Positions 29,201 to 44,200 of a stretch of DNA of 64,000 bases are shown here, piece after piece. The stretch comes from a virus. A model generated the notes under the pieces. That model was not told where the DNA came from and made no database searches. It saw nothing but the letters and a program-made list of their open reading frames with translations. Location: the IMG/VR virus record IMGVR_UViG_3300020411_000483, positions 10,021 through 74,020 of that record. The stretch is one strand, 5' to 3'. Position 1 is the first letter of the stretch; each line of letters starts with the position of its first letter. A program made the position numbers and the translations under genes.

Positions 29201-32200
29201 CAGCAGTTGCACCGCTAGTGCCAGTTAAGTCATCTACAGATGCCCAATTTGTACCTGTAACATCACCAATAACCAACATCTGAGTCTCAGTGATATATTC
29301 CTTAACAGATGCATAACCACCACCAGATGAAGTTACAACTTCACCCTCAGAGAATTCTCCAATTACATTGGTAAGAGTGATGTTTCTAGCATTACCAAAC
29401 TTAGATGTATCAGTAATTGCTAAGTCATGAATTACATCATTAACTGTAGTCTCTAGGAATGTATTGATATCTGCTGACCATGCACCAGAACCCCACTGAC
29501 TGTTAACTAGATTTTCTAATTCTTGGTCGTAGTAATTCTTGTTATTAAGAATCATTCTACCAGCAGACCTACCAGCATCATCTGAAGGAGATAGAGTATC
29601 AATTGCGATATCCATCAAGTTCTCAAATGCGTTAACTGCATCAATACAATCATCACTTAAGTATGCAGTATCACCCTTACTATCGGTAATAGTTGCATCA
29701 CGGTATGCAACTTCTGTAGTCCACATAGCAGCATACTGGTCACCAGTTAATCCAGTTATACCTTGGTTATAAAGGTTATTGATTATTGCTAGTTTACCAA
29801 GTTTCTTAACTTGCTGGAAGGCATACATGGTTGAGAGTAATTGATCCTCAACTTGTTTGATACCACCAGAAGTAGCAATATAATTTTCAATTGCTCTAAT
29901 AGTATTACTGTTACCACCAGTTTGTAGGTCACTGATGACACTATCAAGCAATAGTTTAATATCTTTCTTACATGTATCTCTACCAGTAGCACCACCTGGA
30001 TACTGGAAGGATTGATAAAGGATGTTGTTTAGAGTATATGAGAATTCAGCATCTAGTAAACCAACTGCCTCTTCAGCAATGTAATCCTTATTGAAGTGTA
30101 GAAGGTCACCTGCATCTCTATATCTGTCACCATTAGGAGCAAGAGTCTCATTTGCCAATAGGACTAAAGTATCAAGTGCATCCTTAACGTTTGTGCAATC
30201 GCCAGGGGCAGTTACAGAGTTAGCAACAGCAGATACAAATGTATGAGCATAGTTACCACCTGTGACTATAGCATTAGCAGAAGCAGAAACAAATAGGTGT
30301 GCAGTTGTGTTAGTAGATGTACCAACGTTAACTGTGATTGTATTATCATCAACAGCAGTAATTGCTACAGCATCGTTGTATGCAGGGTCATCTGCGGATG
30401 CTCCACCTTGTCCATTAGCACGAGGATATTGGTGATTAGATCCATGACTGTCCTGAGCACAAGTGAATGTTAATGATTGTTGTGCAATCTGAATTGCTGT
30501 GCCAACTGCTAAGTTATGAGCACCGATTGTTAATACCAATACACCTGTAGTAGGATCGTATGTTGCAGCAGTAGGAGTAAAGTATTTGGTAGGTGATGCA
30601 CCAATGTTAACTGTAATAGTTGTTGCAGTAACTGCCTTAATTAAAATATTCTTGTTATACCAAGGGTCAGATGCTCTTGGATAATCCTTAGCAGAACTGT
30701 TACCATCCATTGCACAAGTGAATTTCAATCCACCAGCAGCAATGTTAATCTTTCTACCAACTGTCAAACTGTGTGTTCCAATGGTTAATACCATGTCACC
30801 AGTTACAGGATCGTATGTTGCAGCAGTAGGACTAAAGTTAGTAGCAGTATCTTGGGTAATACCCCAATCACCAATGATAACAGAATCAGTATTAGCGTCA
30901 GTTAAATCACCTGTTACTGATTGCTTGGCATAGAATCCAAGTCTGTTATGAGCATATAGAGATTGAAGTAGTTGGAGTCTAACGTGTTGAATCTCATCGT
31001 TAGTTCCAAGGTAATTCTTAACTGCAATTAGAGTATTGAAGTTACCACCATCTTCGATGTCATTTGCAATAGCATCTAAGATAATTCCTAAGTCAGTCTT
31101 ACAACGTAGAGTACCAGCACCACTACCATCAGCATTTCTAGGCATTCCTAGAGTCAACTCAGGATAACGAGCAATCATATCAGCAGCAGTCTTATCTACG
31201 ATAGGACCACGATTGAGTCTGATTAGATTTGCAGCATCACGGAATCTGTCTCTAGTTGCTAGGTCAACTCTTTGTGTATAAGCAAGACCAGTAGCAACGT
31301 CATCGATGTTAAATGGTATTTCTAAGAATGCATCAGCAGTTGCACCAACATACTCATGTTGTGGAGTTAGTTTTGTAATAGTTGCTAGATGGTCTACAGC
31401 AACTGCCTGATTTGCTTCAATCAATGTATCAATAACAACTGATAATAGGTTATCAACAGTAGATTGTACGTCTGAGCAATCACCGTTACTGTATCCAAGG
31501 ACCTTAACGCAATCAGCGACTGCCTTAACCCACTTATGAGTATGCAACCATTTCTTAATAGCACCACCCTTAGCACTTACAAATAAGTGTGAAGAGTTTG
31601 GAGTGTAAGAAACAGCGTTAGAAGCAGCAGTTACAAATGTATGAGCATAGTCACCACCTGCGTGGATTACTGCTCTCTTAATTCCATTTGCAGTAGCAGA
31701 AACGAATGTATGTGCAGAAACGTTTGTGGAAGGTAGAGAATCTAATACTTGTACTTGGAATGTGTTTGTAGTAACTCCAGAAATAGTTAACCACTTACCA
31801 GATACAGGATCACTTGGTCTTGGATATGTGTGGTTAGTAGCATTACTATCCTTAGCACAACTGAAAGTTAAAGAGTTATCTGCAATCTTAATTCTTTCTC
31901 CATTAACGAAACCATGACCATTAACAGTCAATGTCAATAGACCTGTAGTTGGACTATAAGTTGCACCAGTTGCAGTATAGTTACTATTTGCACTTACAAA
32001 TGTATGTGCAGTTGTGTTAGAAGAAGTTCCAACGTTTAGAGTAATTGTTGTTGCTGTTACAGCAGTAATTGTTACAGCATCGTTGTATGCTGGATCGTCA
32101 GCAGATGCACCACCTTGACCGTTTGCACGAGGATAAGTGTGGTTGGATCCATGACTATCTTGAGCACATGTAAAGGTTAGAGAATTATTTGCAATTCTAA

Positions 32201-35200
32201 CCTTATGATTTGTAGTGAGGTCATGCTCACCGATTGTTACTGTTAGAAGTCCAGTAGCAGGTACGAATGATGCAGCAGATACATCGTAACCGATAGCAGG
32301 AGACTTACCAACATTAACTGTAATTACACCTGACTGCTTTCTAATACCGTTTGTAGCAGCAGAGACGAATGAATGAGTTGTAGTATCAGATGATATACCA
32401 ACATTAACTTGGAAAGTATCTGTAGCAACGTTAGAAATCTTTAACCACTTACCGTAATATGGGTCTGTCTTTCTAGGATATGCATGGTCTGTCTGATTTC
32501 CATCAAGAGCACATCTCATTACTAGAGACCCTTCAACGATTTGAATGTAATCGTTATTGGAGTATCCATGAGAAGGAACTGTAATTACCATTACACCTGT
32601 AGAAGGTGTATAAGCAACGTTAGTAGCAGTAGTAGAAACATATCCTACTTCATCAACACGAATAGACTTGCTTTGACCATATGGGTCTGTAGCACGAGGA
32701 TAAGTCTTATTAGAAGACCCTCCGTCCATTGTGCAGTTGAATGTTAATGAATCATTAGCAAGGACAATGTTAGATCCAACCTGAATGCCATGCTGACCAA
32801 TAGTCAGTGTCATGTCACCAGTTACAGCATTGTAAGTAGCAGCAGATGGAGTAAACTGTGCGTTTGTACCAGCAGCACCAACATTAACTGTAATCTGACC
32901 ATTCTGCCTCTTCATTCCGTTATTTAAAGCAGAAGCAAAGTTATGAGCAGTAGTATTAGTTGAAGTACCAACTTGAATATCAAATTGAGTTGTAGTTACA
33001 TTAGTAATCTTTAACCACTTACCGAATGTTGGGTCAGTAGTCCTTGGATATGCATGGTTAGTAGCATTACTGTCTTGTGCACAAGTAAAGGTTACAGCAC
33101 CAGCATCAAACTTAACTCTATCACCAGCAGAGAATCCATGAGCATCTAGGGTAATTGTCATTACACCTGTAGTTGGATTATATGCTGCAAAACTTGGAGT
33201 ATGACTTGTTGAACCAATAGCAGTTACAGCCTTCAACTTACCTGAAGTCCTAGTATCATGTCCAGGACGAGGATATGTCTTCTGAGACTGGTTATTGTCC
33301 ATTGCACAAGTGAATGTCAATGAATTATCATCAATCTCAACGAAGTCATCTGTAGTAATATCATGTGTACCAATGGTTAATACCATATCACCAGTTGCAG
33401 GATCATAAGTTGCAGCAGATGGAGTATATGGAATATAATCATCAGGTTGAGTTGACTTACCTACATTAACTGTAAATGTGTTGGTAGTTGCTTTAACAAT
33501 TGGTAATACCTTATTGTAGAAAGGATCAGATGTCCTTGGATATGTGTGCTCTGAACCAAACTCATCTAAAGCACATTCAAATGTAAGTGATTCTTTATCG
33601 ATAGTGATAGAAGAACCTTCCTTATGGAATGCATTAGTCTTACCAGATACAAATGTATGAGCATGGTCTCCACCAGACATTATGACTGCTCTGCTAACAC
33701 ATCCAGAAATTGCAGAAACGAATGTATGAGTTGAAGTATTAGAAGAAGCACTCACATTTACATTAAATGTATTTGTAGTTACACCAGAAATCTTCAACCA
33801 CTTACCAGAAGCAGGGTCTCTAGTTTGAATACCATTTGCACTAGCAGAAACAAATGTATGAGTTGAGGTATTAGAAGATGGAGTGATGTCTAATACTTGG
33901 ACATCGAATGATGTAGATGCTACGTTAGAAACTTTTAACCACCTAGCACTTACAGGGTCAGAAGCACGAGGATAGGTTTTATTAACTGTATTGCCATCCA
34001 TTGCACATGTAAATGTCAATGAATCATTAGCAATCTTAATCTCATCACCATTTGCTAGGTTATGAGCAGCAGTTGTAGTAATGCTTAAGATACCTGTTGT
34101 TGGGTTATAAGCAGTACCAGTTGTTGCTGTAAATTGAGCACCAGCAGCACGAGGATAGGTATGGTTTGTTGCGTTGCTATCCTGAGCACAGGTAAAGGTT
34201 AATCCATTATCAGCAATCTTAACCCACTCACCATTCTGGAATCCATGACCATTAATGGTTAGTGTTAAAACACCTGTTGCAGGGGTGTAAGACGCTGTAG
34301 ATGGTGTATATGTGTTATTTGCATTCTTGAATGTATGAGCATAAACTCCACCTGCCTTAACTGCACCAGCAGTAGCAGATACGAATGCGTGAGTTGTAGT
34401 ATTAGAAGAAATACCAACGTTAACTGAGATAACACCAGTTTGCTTCTTAATTCCGTTAGAAGTTGCAGAAACGAATGTGTGAGCAGAAGTGTTAGTAGAT
34501 GGTCCTGTGTTAACATCAAATGTGTTAGTTGTTACTCCAGTAACAGGCACCCATTGTGATGCAAGAGGATCAGTTACACGAGGATATGTGTGGTTAGTAG
34601 CATTACTATCCTTAGCACATGTAAATGTTAATGAATCTGCATCAAACTTAACCATATCTCTTGCTCTGAGCAATCCATTAGATGCCCAAGAGATGAAGGT
34701 ATGTGCAGAAAGGTCTTGTGACTTATGAACGTCAACTGTAAATGAATTAGTATCAATCTTAGTAATTGGTAACCACTTACCAGATACAGGATCAGATGAG
34801 CGAGGATATGTATGGAATGTAGCATCACTATCCTTAGCACAAGTCATAGTCAATGAATTGTCTACGATTTGTATTCTGTCACCGTTAGAGAATCCATGAC
34901 TTGATAAAGTAATGGTTAATATACCAGTAGCAGGAGCATAAGATGCAGCAGTTGGAGTATGTTGTGTAGCTCCAGTCAATCCATGACTGTTGCTGGTAAT
35001 TGTTAACTTACCAGTAGTAGGTGTATATGCAGCAGTAGATGCAGTTAGGTTTGTAGTACCAACTCCAGTAACCTCTATTGCAGTATCATATGCTCTATCT
35101 TTCTTCTGCTTAACTCCATTAGAAACAGCAGATACAAATGTATGAGCAGAAGTGTTAGTAGAAGGTGCAGAATCTAATACCTGAATATCAAAGCCATTTG

Positions 35201-38200
35201 TAGATACGTTAGAAACTTGAATCCACTTATTAGCAATTGGGTCAGTTGACCTTGGATATGTGTGGTTAGTTTGGTTAGAGTCAGCAGCACAAGTGAATGT
35301 TAAGCAATTAGCATCTAACTTAACCCAATCACCATCCAACATGCCATGACCACCAACAGTAAGACTTAAAATACCTGTTGTAGGGTTATATGTAGCATTG
35401 GTTGGTGTATGATTTAAAATATCTGTTCTTGGATAGGTATGGTTTGTAGCATTACTATCCTGTGCACAAGTAAATGTTAGAGAGTTATCTGCAAACTTGA
35501 TGCTATCACCAACTAATAGGTTATGAGATCCAATAGTGATGTCCAAAGCACCTGAAGCAGGTGTAAATGAAGCAGCAGAAACGTCATGCTGAATTATTGG
35601 AGACTTACCAACATCTAATTGTATAGTATTATCTTTCTTAACTACGCTGTTATGATCCCATCTTAGATAAGTATGTGCAGAAATATCAGGAGACTTACCA
35701 ACGTTAATTGTAAATGTATTAGTAGTTACAGCAGAAATTGTTATCCAACTATTAGCAACTGGGTCTGTTGCTCTAGGATATGAATGATCAGACTGGTTAT
35801 TATCCTTAGCACAACTGAAAGTTACAGCACCATCAGAAAGTTTAACTTGGTCATTAACTGCAAATCCATGTCCTATTAAGGTAACAATCATTTCACCTGT
35901 TGTAGGTGTATAAACTGCATTAGTAGGAGTATATGGAGTACCTTCATACTTGATAGGAATTGCTTCTTCATATACTGGGTCAGTTGACCTTGGATAAGAC
36001 TTAATTGCATTATTGTCATCCATCGCACAAGTAAAGTTGAGCGAATTATTTGCCAACTTAATTGTTTGACCAGCAGCGAAGTTATGATCACCAATGGTTA
36101 ATGACATCAAACCAGTTGCAGCATCGTAAGTAGAAGCAGTTGGTTTGTAAGCAACTAAAGGTTTCTTACCAACGAATATTTCAAAAGTATTTGTTGATAC
36201 TACACCAACTTCAATCCATTTCTCTGATGCAGGATCCTCTGGTCTAGGATATGCGTGCTCGGACTTATTACCGTCCATATCACAAGTCATTGTGACTGCA
36301 CCATCTTCCATCTTGACCTTATCGCCAGGATTTAAACCATGACCGTTAGAAGTAACGACCATAATACCTGTGTTGGCATCATAAGTTGCACCTGTTGCTG
36401 TGATAGCAGCACCAGCAGTCAAACCATGAGCTGCCTTGGTTAGAGTCAATTCTCCAGTTGAGGTATCATAAGATCCTGTGGTAGGAGTAATTGTTGATGG
36501 AGAAGCGTTAGTAGAATCAGTAATAGTTGTATCAGTGACCTGAGTTAATCCATGATCACCTAATATTTGAATATGTTGGTTAGTAATAATTTGCTGTGCT
36601 AACCTAGATAACTCTTCATGTACCCAGATTGTCTCTTCTACTTCAGTTTCAATGTGGTTAACAGTGATAGGAGATACATTTCTATTAACATAAAGTGCAG
36701 CAGCATCCCAAAGATAACTGTTACCACCGTTTCTTACATCTTTTATTAGAGCATCGATGATATCTTGTACGTCATCAGTGCAATTTACAGTGCCAGTAAG
36801 GACATTGAATGGTGAATAAGGTGACTGATGCTCCAATCTCCATACAACTTCCTTAGCAAGGAATTCCTTATTACTATTAAGTAAATCAGCAGCATTAAGA
36901 TATCTGTGAGTATTCAGACTATGAGCAGATAGGTTACCACCTGTCTTTCTCTTAGTAGCAAGAATAGCATCATTATTAAAGTAATCTCCATCTACCCAAG
37001 TTCCAGTACCAGACCAATCATCAACATAAGTTGCTGCGTCAGGACCATCAAAGTGATATAGTAATTTTGTATTACTATCTCCTTGGAAAATACCAGTTGG
37101 AAGAGTATAAGCACCTGTATATCTTGCAGTTGTTGAAACTCTTACTTCATCAATATGACCATTAAATCCTGTAGCACCTGCATAGTCAGCACCGATATAA
37201 ACTGGTTTAGAAGCACCGTAGTTGTTATTATCAGTATAGGTACTACCAACCTGTGCTCCATTTACAAATATCTTAGTTGAAGTGCCAGTCTTAGTAACAG
37301 CAACATGATACCATGTGTTTATTGCAAGAGTGCCACCATTAGCAGCAGCTGTATTTCCTACAGCAACTTTAAGTGCAGTGCCATCAGTATAAAGTCTAAG
37401 AGCAGTATCTGTAGCAGATGCACTTCTAGTATCAATAATTGTATGCTCTCCAGTTACATTAGCAGGACGAATCCATGCTTCAAGAGTAAGAGCACCAGTG
37501 CCGAATCCAAATTCTTGGTTTGCAGCAACAAGTAAGTAGTCACCAGTACCATCAAGTAATAGAGATGCAGTGCCCCACTTCTTCTGAGCAGTGTCTAATT
37601 GTGCTCCACCATTGAATGTAACAGTATGGAAGTCAGAACCAGAAGCAGTTGACCTACCCATCTTACCTAGGTAAACAGTGCTTCTTGCTTGGTTATAACC
37701 AATAACTTCTGCCTTAGAATTCCTAGACCTAATTACATTACCTTGGTTAAAGAATCCAGCACCTTGCTTATCAGTAAAGGTTAGTTTTCTTACAAAACCT
37801 TCTTCATTTTCTAGGAAAGTACCAGAGTTATTTCCATAATCAATTTTATAATTTCTAATAAACTCATTTTCTTGGAATGTTCCAGTAATATTTGTTGTCT
37901 TAATAACGTAGTTGTTAATCAACTCGTTAGCAGGGAATTTAGAATCAAATGCTGTTAGATTATCAGTAAAGTCAACAATAGAAATCTGAGACTGTGAAAT
38001 ATCATCCAATACAACGTTTGGATAAGTCTGAGATGCAATTCTGTTGAATAGTAGACCGAAGAATGAGGATCCTTCAGATATATTGACCTGACTAATAAAT
38101 TCGTTAGTTACAGGGTCTTGATAAGGACTTGTAGATGCAATTGTTGCAACAACACCAGACTTAGCAGCAATGATAACATCATTTAACTGAATATCAAATA

Positions 38201-41200
38201 GACCTGGAGTAGACTGATAAGTACCAGTTGTCTTACTCAAGACCAAAGCATTGGTAATAGTAATGTCTGTGCCGTATAATGGAGTATTCTCTAACTGTGC
38301 AGTAGCAGCAGTACCAAGTTGTGCTCTTGTTACTCCAAGAGTTGTAGACTCTGCACCATCAGTAATAGTATCAACTCTGAATATTTCAGAACCAAACTGG
38401 TAATTCTTAGTAGCAACGAATGTGCCAGCAGGTAAAGCAGCAGCAGCACCAGTTACAGGTACTACTTCAAATGATGTTGTGGATTGACCGATTGTATAAC
38501 GTAGTTTTGCAAGAGGAGTTTCTTGACCTTTTGCTAGGTTAATTTCTTCAATCTTAGCAGTATTACCCTCAAAGTTAGTAATAGTCTCACCAAACATGAA
38601 TAGACCATTATTAACAACGTCTGTTTGACTATTCAGTGTTGCTGAGAAACCAGTTGCACTAACGTTAACTAATTCACCAATAGTGAATGTACCTTCAGTG
38701 ATATAACCAAAGATATCGTTACCAACAACAGAAGTTACTCTAAACTTAGCAGCAGAAGAAGATCCAACTACATATTGACCTGCTATTGGGAAGATACCAC
38801 TAATATTACTAAAGACGAATTTCTTAGTTGCAATCTGTGTAATAGTTACAGATGCATACTTAATACTTGCAGGTGGTTGAGGTGGCTCACTAAAGACGAT
38901 GTTGTCACTCTGGACTTGGAAAGAAATACCAGGAGTCTGTGCAATACCGTTAAGAATAATCATCAACTGGTTTGCGTTTGCAACAACGTTGTCTCCAGAA
39001 ACTGTTAGAGGGAATGCAATTCTTTCACCGTCAAATAGGTTAGAAATATCATCAATTCTCTGGACAACAGAAGTCAAGATATTCTCAGAAGATGTTAATC
39101 TCTTCTGTCTGAATAATACCTCAGTGTTATTAAATTCTTGATAGACTGGCTCAACTAGAGCAAAGTTTTGAATATTTGGAACAATTGCTGATTGTGCCAA
39201 TTCAACTGACTTAGTTAACTGGAATGCAGTTTCTTTGTTTGGAATTGACCCATATTCTTGTAGATTTAATTCTCCAAATACCTTAAATGATGCAGGGTGG
39301 ACATTTCTAAGTAGAATATCTTTCCACTCACTAATAGAAGTAGCAGAGTTAACTGCATAAGAGAAGTCCTGATAATAGTAGGAGTCTTGAATCTTCTGAA
39401 TGATTTCTGAAGGTTTACCTACGTCATCGATAAATTGACCTGTAGTTTGAGTGATAGACCCGATTTCTAGGACACCCTTAGCAATATTGAGGTCAGAGAT
39501 AACACCAGAAGACTTAGAGATAACACCAGTTATCTTTTGTCCTTCAATGAAATCACCAGTGTAGTCAACAATCTTAAGGATTCTAGGTCCAATCTGCCAA
39601 CCATTGTTTTCAGAAACATATCCAGTAGCAGTTGCAGTAGCAAATGTATCACCTTGATATACTAATTCACCTTCGTCAAAGACTGAAGTTGCAACGTTAG
39701 CAGTAGCAGCACCACCGAAGGATTCGGTCAATACTTGCTGTCTTCCAGTACCTGCGTTAACGAAGCTAATAGCATCTCCTAAAGCTGCGTTACTAGCAGT
39801 AATTGCCAGTTTCAACTGGTCAGTTTCTAATGAGTTTGCTGCTCCAGCAATAGCATAGTAAGTAGTAGAAGAGTTTAATCTACCAATAGCACCAGCAGCA
39901 AGAGGATACTCAGCACCATCACCAGTATCAACTACATTAAGTGTTACAGCAGATCCATTCGCAATACCATGTGGGAAAGCAAACTGTAGTAATCCCAAGT
40001 CAAGGTTTACAACATAGTTAAATGCAGACCTTAAAGCAATTGTAGGTGTAGATGAATATCCAGCACCTGGATCCTTAACGATTATATTATCTAATCTACC
40101 ATTCTTAATAGATGCTTCAGCAACAGCACCAGATCCACCACCACCTGTAATTACAACAGCAGGTGCTTGTGAATACCCAGAACCTGGGTCAGTAACTGTA
40201 ATACTAGCAAGTATAGATGTGCTAGTTAATTGACAGTTTAGAGGGAAAGTAATCTCAGGACGTAAAGTATAGTCATGAGGATAATCATAACCAAAGTTAT
40301 TATTCTTAAGTTTCTTAATTTTACCAACTTTATCTCCTTTAGTGAAAATAGATGCACCACTACCAGAGGAAGGAATGACAACAGTCAATTCTGCTCCAGA
40401 ACCAGTTAGTCCACTACCAAGTATGCCAGGAATTGAGTCAATGTCAATAGATGCAGTAGTATAATTCTTACCTGGAGAAGTAACAGCAACACTGTTAATC
40501 TGACCTGGAATTGTTACACCTTCAGCATCAGTGCCATCTGCAACTGTAATTGATACTAAACCACCTTCACCATCACCAGCAATAGGTACTCCAGTGTATT
40601 CTCCTACAGCATATTCAGTACCTGGAGTCTTAATATCAACTCTCTCAATCTTTCTTGTTGATTCAATATTAGAAATAATAGGTAATTTAGTATAGAAACC
40701 ACCTGAGTTAACAATACGAATAGAAGCAATTGAACCAACTGCCTTAACAGAACTGGTAGAGTAACTAGAAGGAGATACTTCAGCAGCACCTTCTGGCTCA
40801 TTTGCCAATATGAATCGCATAGCATCATCACCTCTAGTAATTGTCGCACCAGAAGTAGATGAAATTTCAAATGTACCCTTATAAGGAGAATCTACAACAT
40901 CAAGATAACTTCCTGGAATTACAGGAGATGTATCAGATGTAGTCCTAGATGGGTCGAAATAGTAAGAAATATTAGTAACAACATCACCATCAACTTTAAA
41001 CTTAACAGATGGAGTAGGTACACCTTGACCAGTTACTCCAGGTGTTCCAATTCTTTCAATGCTGTTAAAGGAATATTCGAGTTTATAGAGACTATCTTTA
41101 GCAAAGGATAGGTTACCACCAACCAAAGATGAATGGCTGAGGTCAAAGATATATTGGTGTCCATAGAACATCTTCAGAGTTGGGGACTTCACAAAGATGC

Positions 41201-44200
41201 TAACATTACCAGGAGTTGTAGCAGGATCAGTTACTGCTGCCTGTGGCAGTTTGTAAGTGAATTCCTTAACACTAATAACATCTTTTACAAAGAATGCACC
41301 ATCATATTCATCATAAACTACAGAGTTATATGTCTGTGATGGGTTACCATCAACATAAACCATTTCACCAGGTGTGAGATAATGACTTGTAGATGTAATT
41401 ACATAAACTTGGTCACTATTAGCAACTGAAGAAACTTGAAGAATCTTAGTTAAATTTGCAACAAGAGTAATCTTAGTAACAGCAGTCAATCCAGTGATTT
41501 GAAGAGTGCTGTATGCAGCATTAAATGAAGTCTGGTTAGCAGGGACATCTACAACAGATCCAACAATATATGCTGACCCTCCTGCAACTTCATCGATTCT
41601 TACAGTATAGTCACTACCAGACCATGCTTTAAACTTAGCAAAACTATCAAGGTTTTGACTACCACCAGCATTATAAGTGCCGTCTAAATTATAATCGTCT
41701 AGGTCAATATCAAATGTACCAGGAGTTGTGTTATTAACTTCTGCAAATGTATATGCAGCAATTTCATTGGTATCATTTGGTATAGGACCACGAATACCAT
41801 AAGTGGATTGCTCATCAAATCTTTCTGTAGAAAGTTGACCTGTATTGGTATCGTTAGTCCAAACATTATTATTAACAGCAACGTAAACCTTATTATTATC
41901 CTTATCAACACTGGTAATATAACCACTATTAATAAAGGTGTTGCCATTCTTGAGCATCAACTTAGCACCAACAGTAAAGTTGAATGCTTGGTTGATAGTT
42001 AATTCTTGTATATTATCAATCTTAGAAGTATCTGTTACCTTAAAGAAGTAACGGTCTTTAACCTTAGCAGTTGCATTAACCTTAGTAGAACCAGGAGAAG
42101 GAACTGTACCTGTCCTAGATGACCAAATATCTTGGACATAAGTCATTGATTCAGTTGCTTCAGTATATGCTACGTTAGCATCGTCAAAGTCTAGTGACTG
42201 GAATCCAGCATCACCTAATGATAGACCAACATTACCGATAGTCAAAGTTGACCCTGTAACAGGAGTAATAGCAGTCCTTGTTAGAGAAAGTTGTGTATTT
42301 GTAAATGCAGTTTTAACACCTAATCTTGCAGCATCAGCATTCTTATCAACTTTCAGTCCAACAGCATTAAAGTCAATGTAATCATACTTATTAAGATGAT
42401 TAGTAAACCATGCATCATCTACCCAGTCAAATGTTAAACCATAACTTGCTACTGGAGGTAGAGTTGTAATATCAGAAGGAACTGTAGGAACAAGTGCCCT
42501 ATTTCTCAATCTAATGTTATCAATATAGAATTGTCCTTGCTTACCAGCAGAGAAATCTGTTGCACCACTACCGAAACCAATCTGGTTACCAAAGTAGAGT
42601 GTCTTATTACCGAGTGAAGTATTTGATTGTGTGCCACTTAATACTTCAATACCATTAACATATGCTTTAAATGTATCACCATTCTTACTTACTCCAATTG
42701 TCTGCCAACTGTTATTAGCATACATTGTTGTCTGAGTAGACTCAATAGCACTACCAGCAGCAATTGTAGTAGAATTATTAGTTACAACGAAAGTTAACTT
42801 ACCGTTAGAAGTATTATATCCTAACCATAGTCCACCAGTTGCATCTTGAGCACCACCAATACCTACAAGAGTTTGGAAACCTTGAGATAAAGTCTGTGAT
42901 TCACTAGCATTCTTATAGATGAAGAATTCAAGAGTCCAGTTATCACCTAGTTTTGTACCTAATTGAGTATTAGTTACAGAAAGATATGAATTGACCCATG
43001 TAGAGTTAGATCCAGCAGGGTTATATCCATATATCTTCGCCATATTATCGGCGACTGTAACTGAGTTAGTAGTTTGTCCAATTCCAAGTGTATAATGACC
43101 TGTTATATCAGTTGTTTGGTTACTTGCAAAGTCGTATATAAATTCGTTTCTATTATGAGATGCCTGACCAAATACATGAAGGTCACCTGAATTATCAATA
43201 TCAAGTGAATGTGCAGTCCATCCCTCAGTAGTATTTGCGGTAGCAGTATCAACACGGAATTCATTACTTGTATGATTTAACATCGTGCCATCATACTTAA
43301 TCTTAGCAGTGTTAACTATCTTCTTACCATCTACCTGAGAGGCAGAATGAGTATAAGCAACGTTAACATCACCAAAGATATCAACTCTAGTCTTACCAAC
43401 TACTTCAATATCTCTTGCTTCTGCAACATATCTCTTATTCCAAAGTACTGCACCAGCAGCATCAAACTTACAAATCCAGAAACTATCCTTAGTTACATCA
43501 TCAGACTTAAGTCTACAAGTAGCAGTAACATAGAATTCGTTAAATTCATCAAAACATACACTAGCATTCTGGAAGGAATATAGAGTATTGCTTATTTCTT
43601 TAATCCATTCAATCGTAATTACATTAATACCTACAGTTGCTTTACCAAAGGATACGTTAATATCATTTGAAGCAGCAGATGTAGATGTCTCCATAGTAAA
43701 GTAAACTGAACCATCACTAGCAACTGTAATGTCAGTAATCTTCTCATTTCCAGCAGCAGTTGCTAATTTTCTCTTAACAACGAAAGAACCAGCAGTATCA
43801 GTAACTGCTAAGAATGCATCATAAGGATTAGCAGAGTTAGTATTAGTATAACCACCCATTATGAAACGAGTAGGATTGCTAGACAACTTAGTCAGAGCAG
43901 TTACATAATCTTCTCTAGTAGAACCTGAAATACCAGCATATGCCTTCTGAATTGCTAATCCAGCACTCAAACCATTTGATGCTTCAAGATACTTACATAG
44001 GATTACATCAGGGTTATATGCATCCAATACAGTAATATTTGGTCTATTAGTACCAGCAACCCAAATATCATTACCATCAACGTAAATCTTATTAAATTCT
44101 AGGTAAGTTGTGCCTGTGTTAGGAGCAGTAGATTCTAATGTCTTCTCCCATTCCTTAACACCAGTAGCAGACAGTTTTGCAACTATACCTACAGTATTAC

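Noticed and set aside
30225-36490. Regular DNA repeats resembling a CRISPR or satellite array
   Set aside because: They are in-frame protein repeats with synonymous variation, not identical repeats separated by unique spacers.
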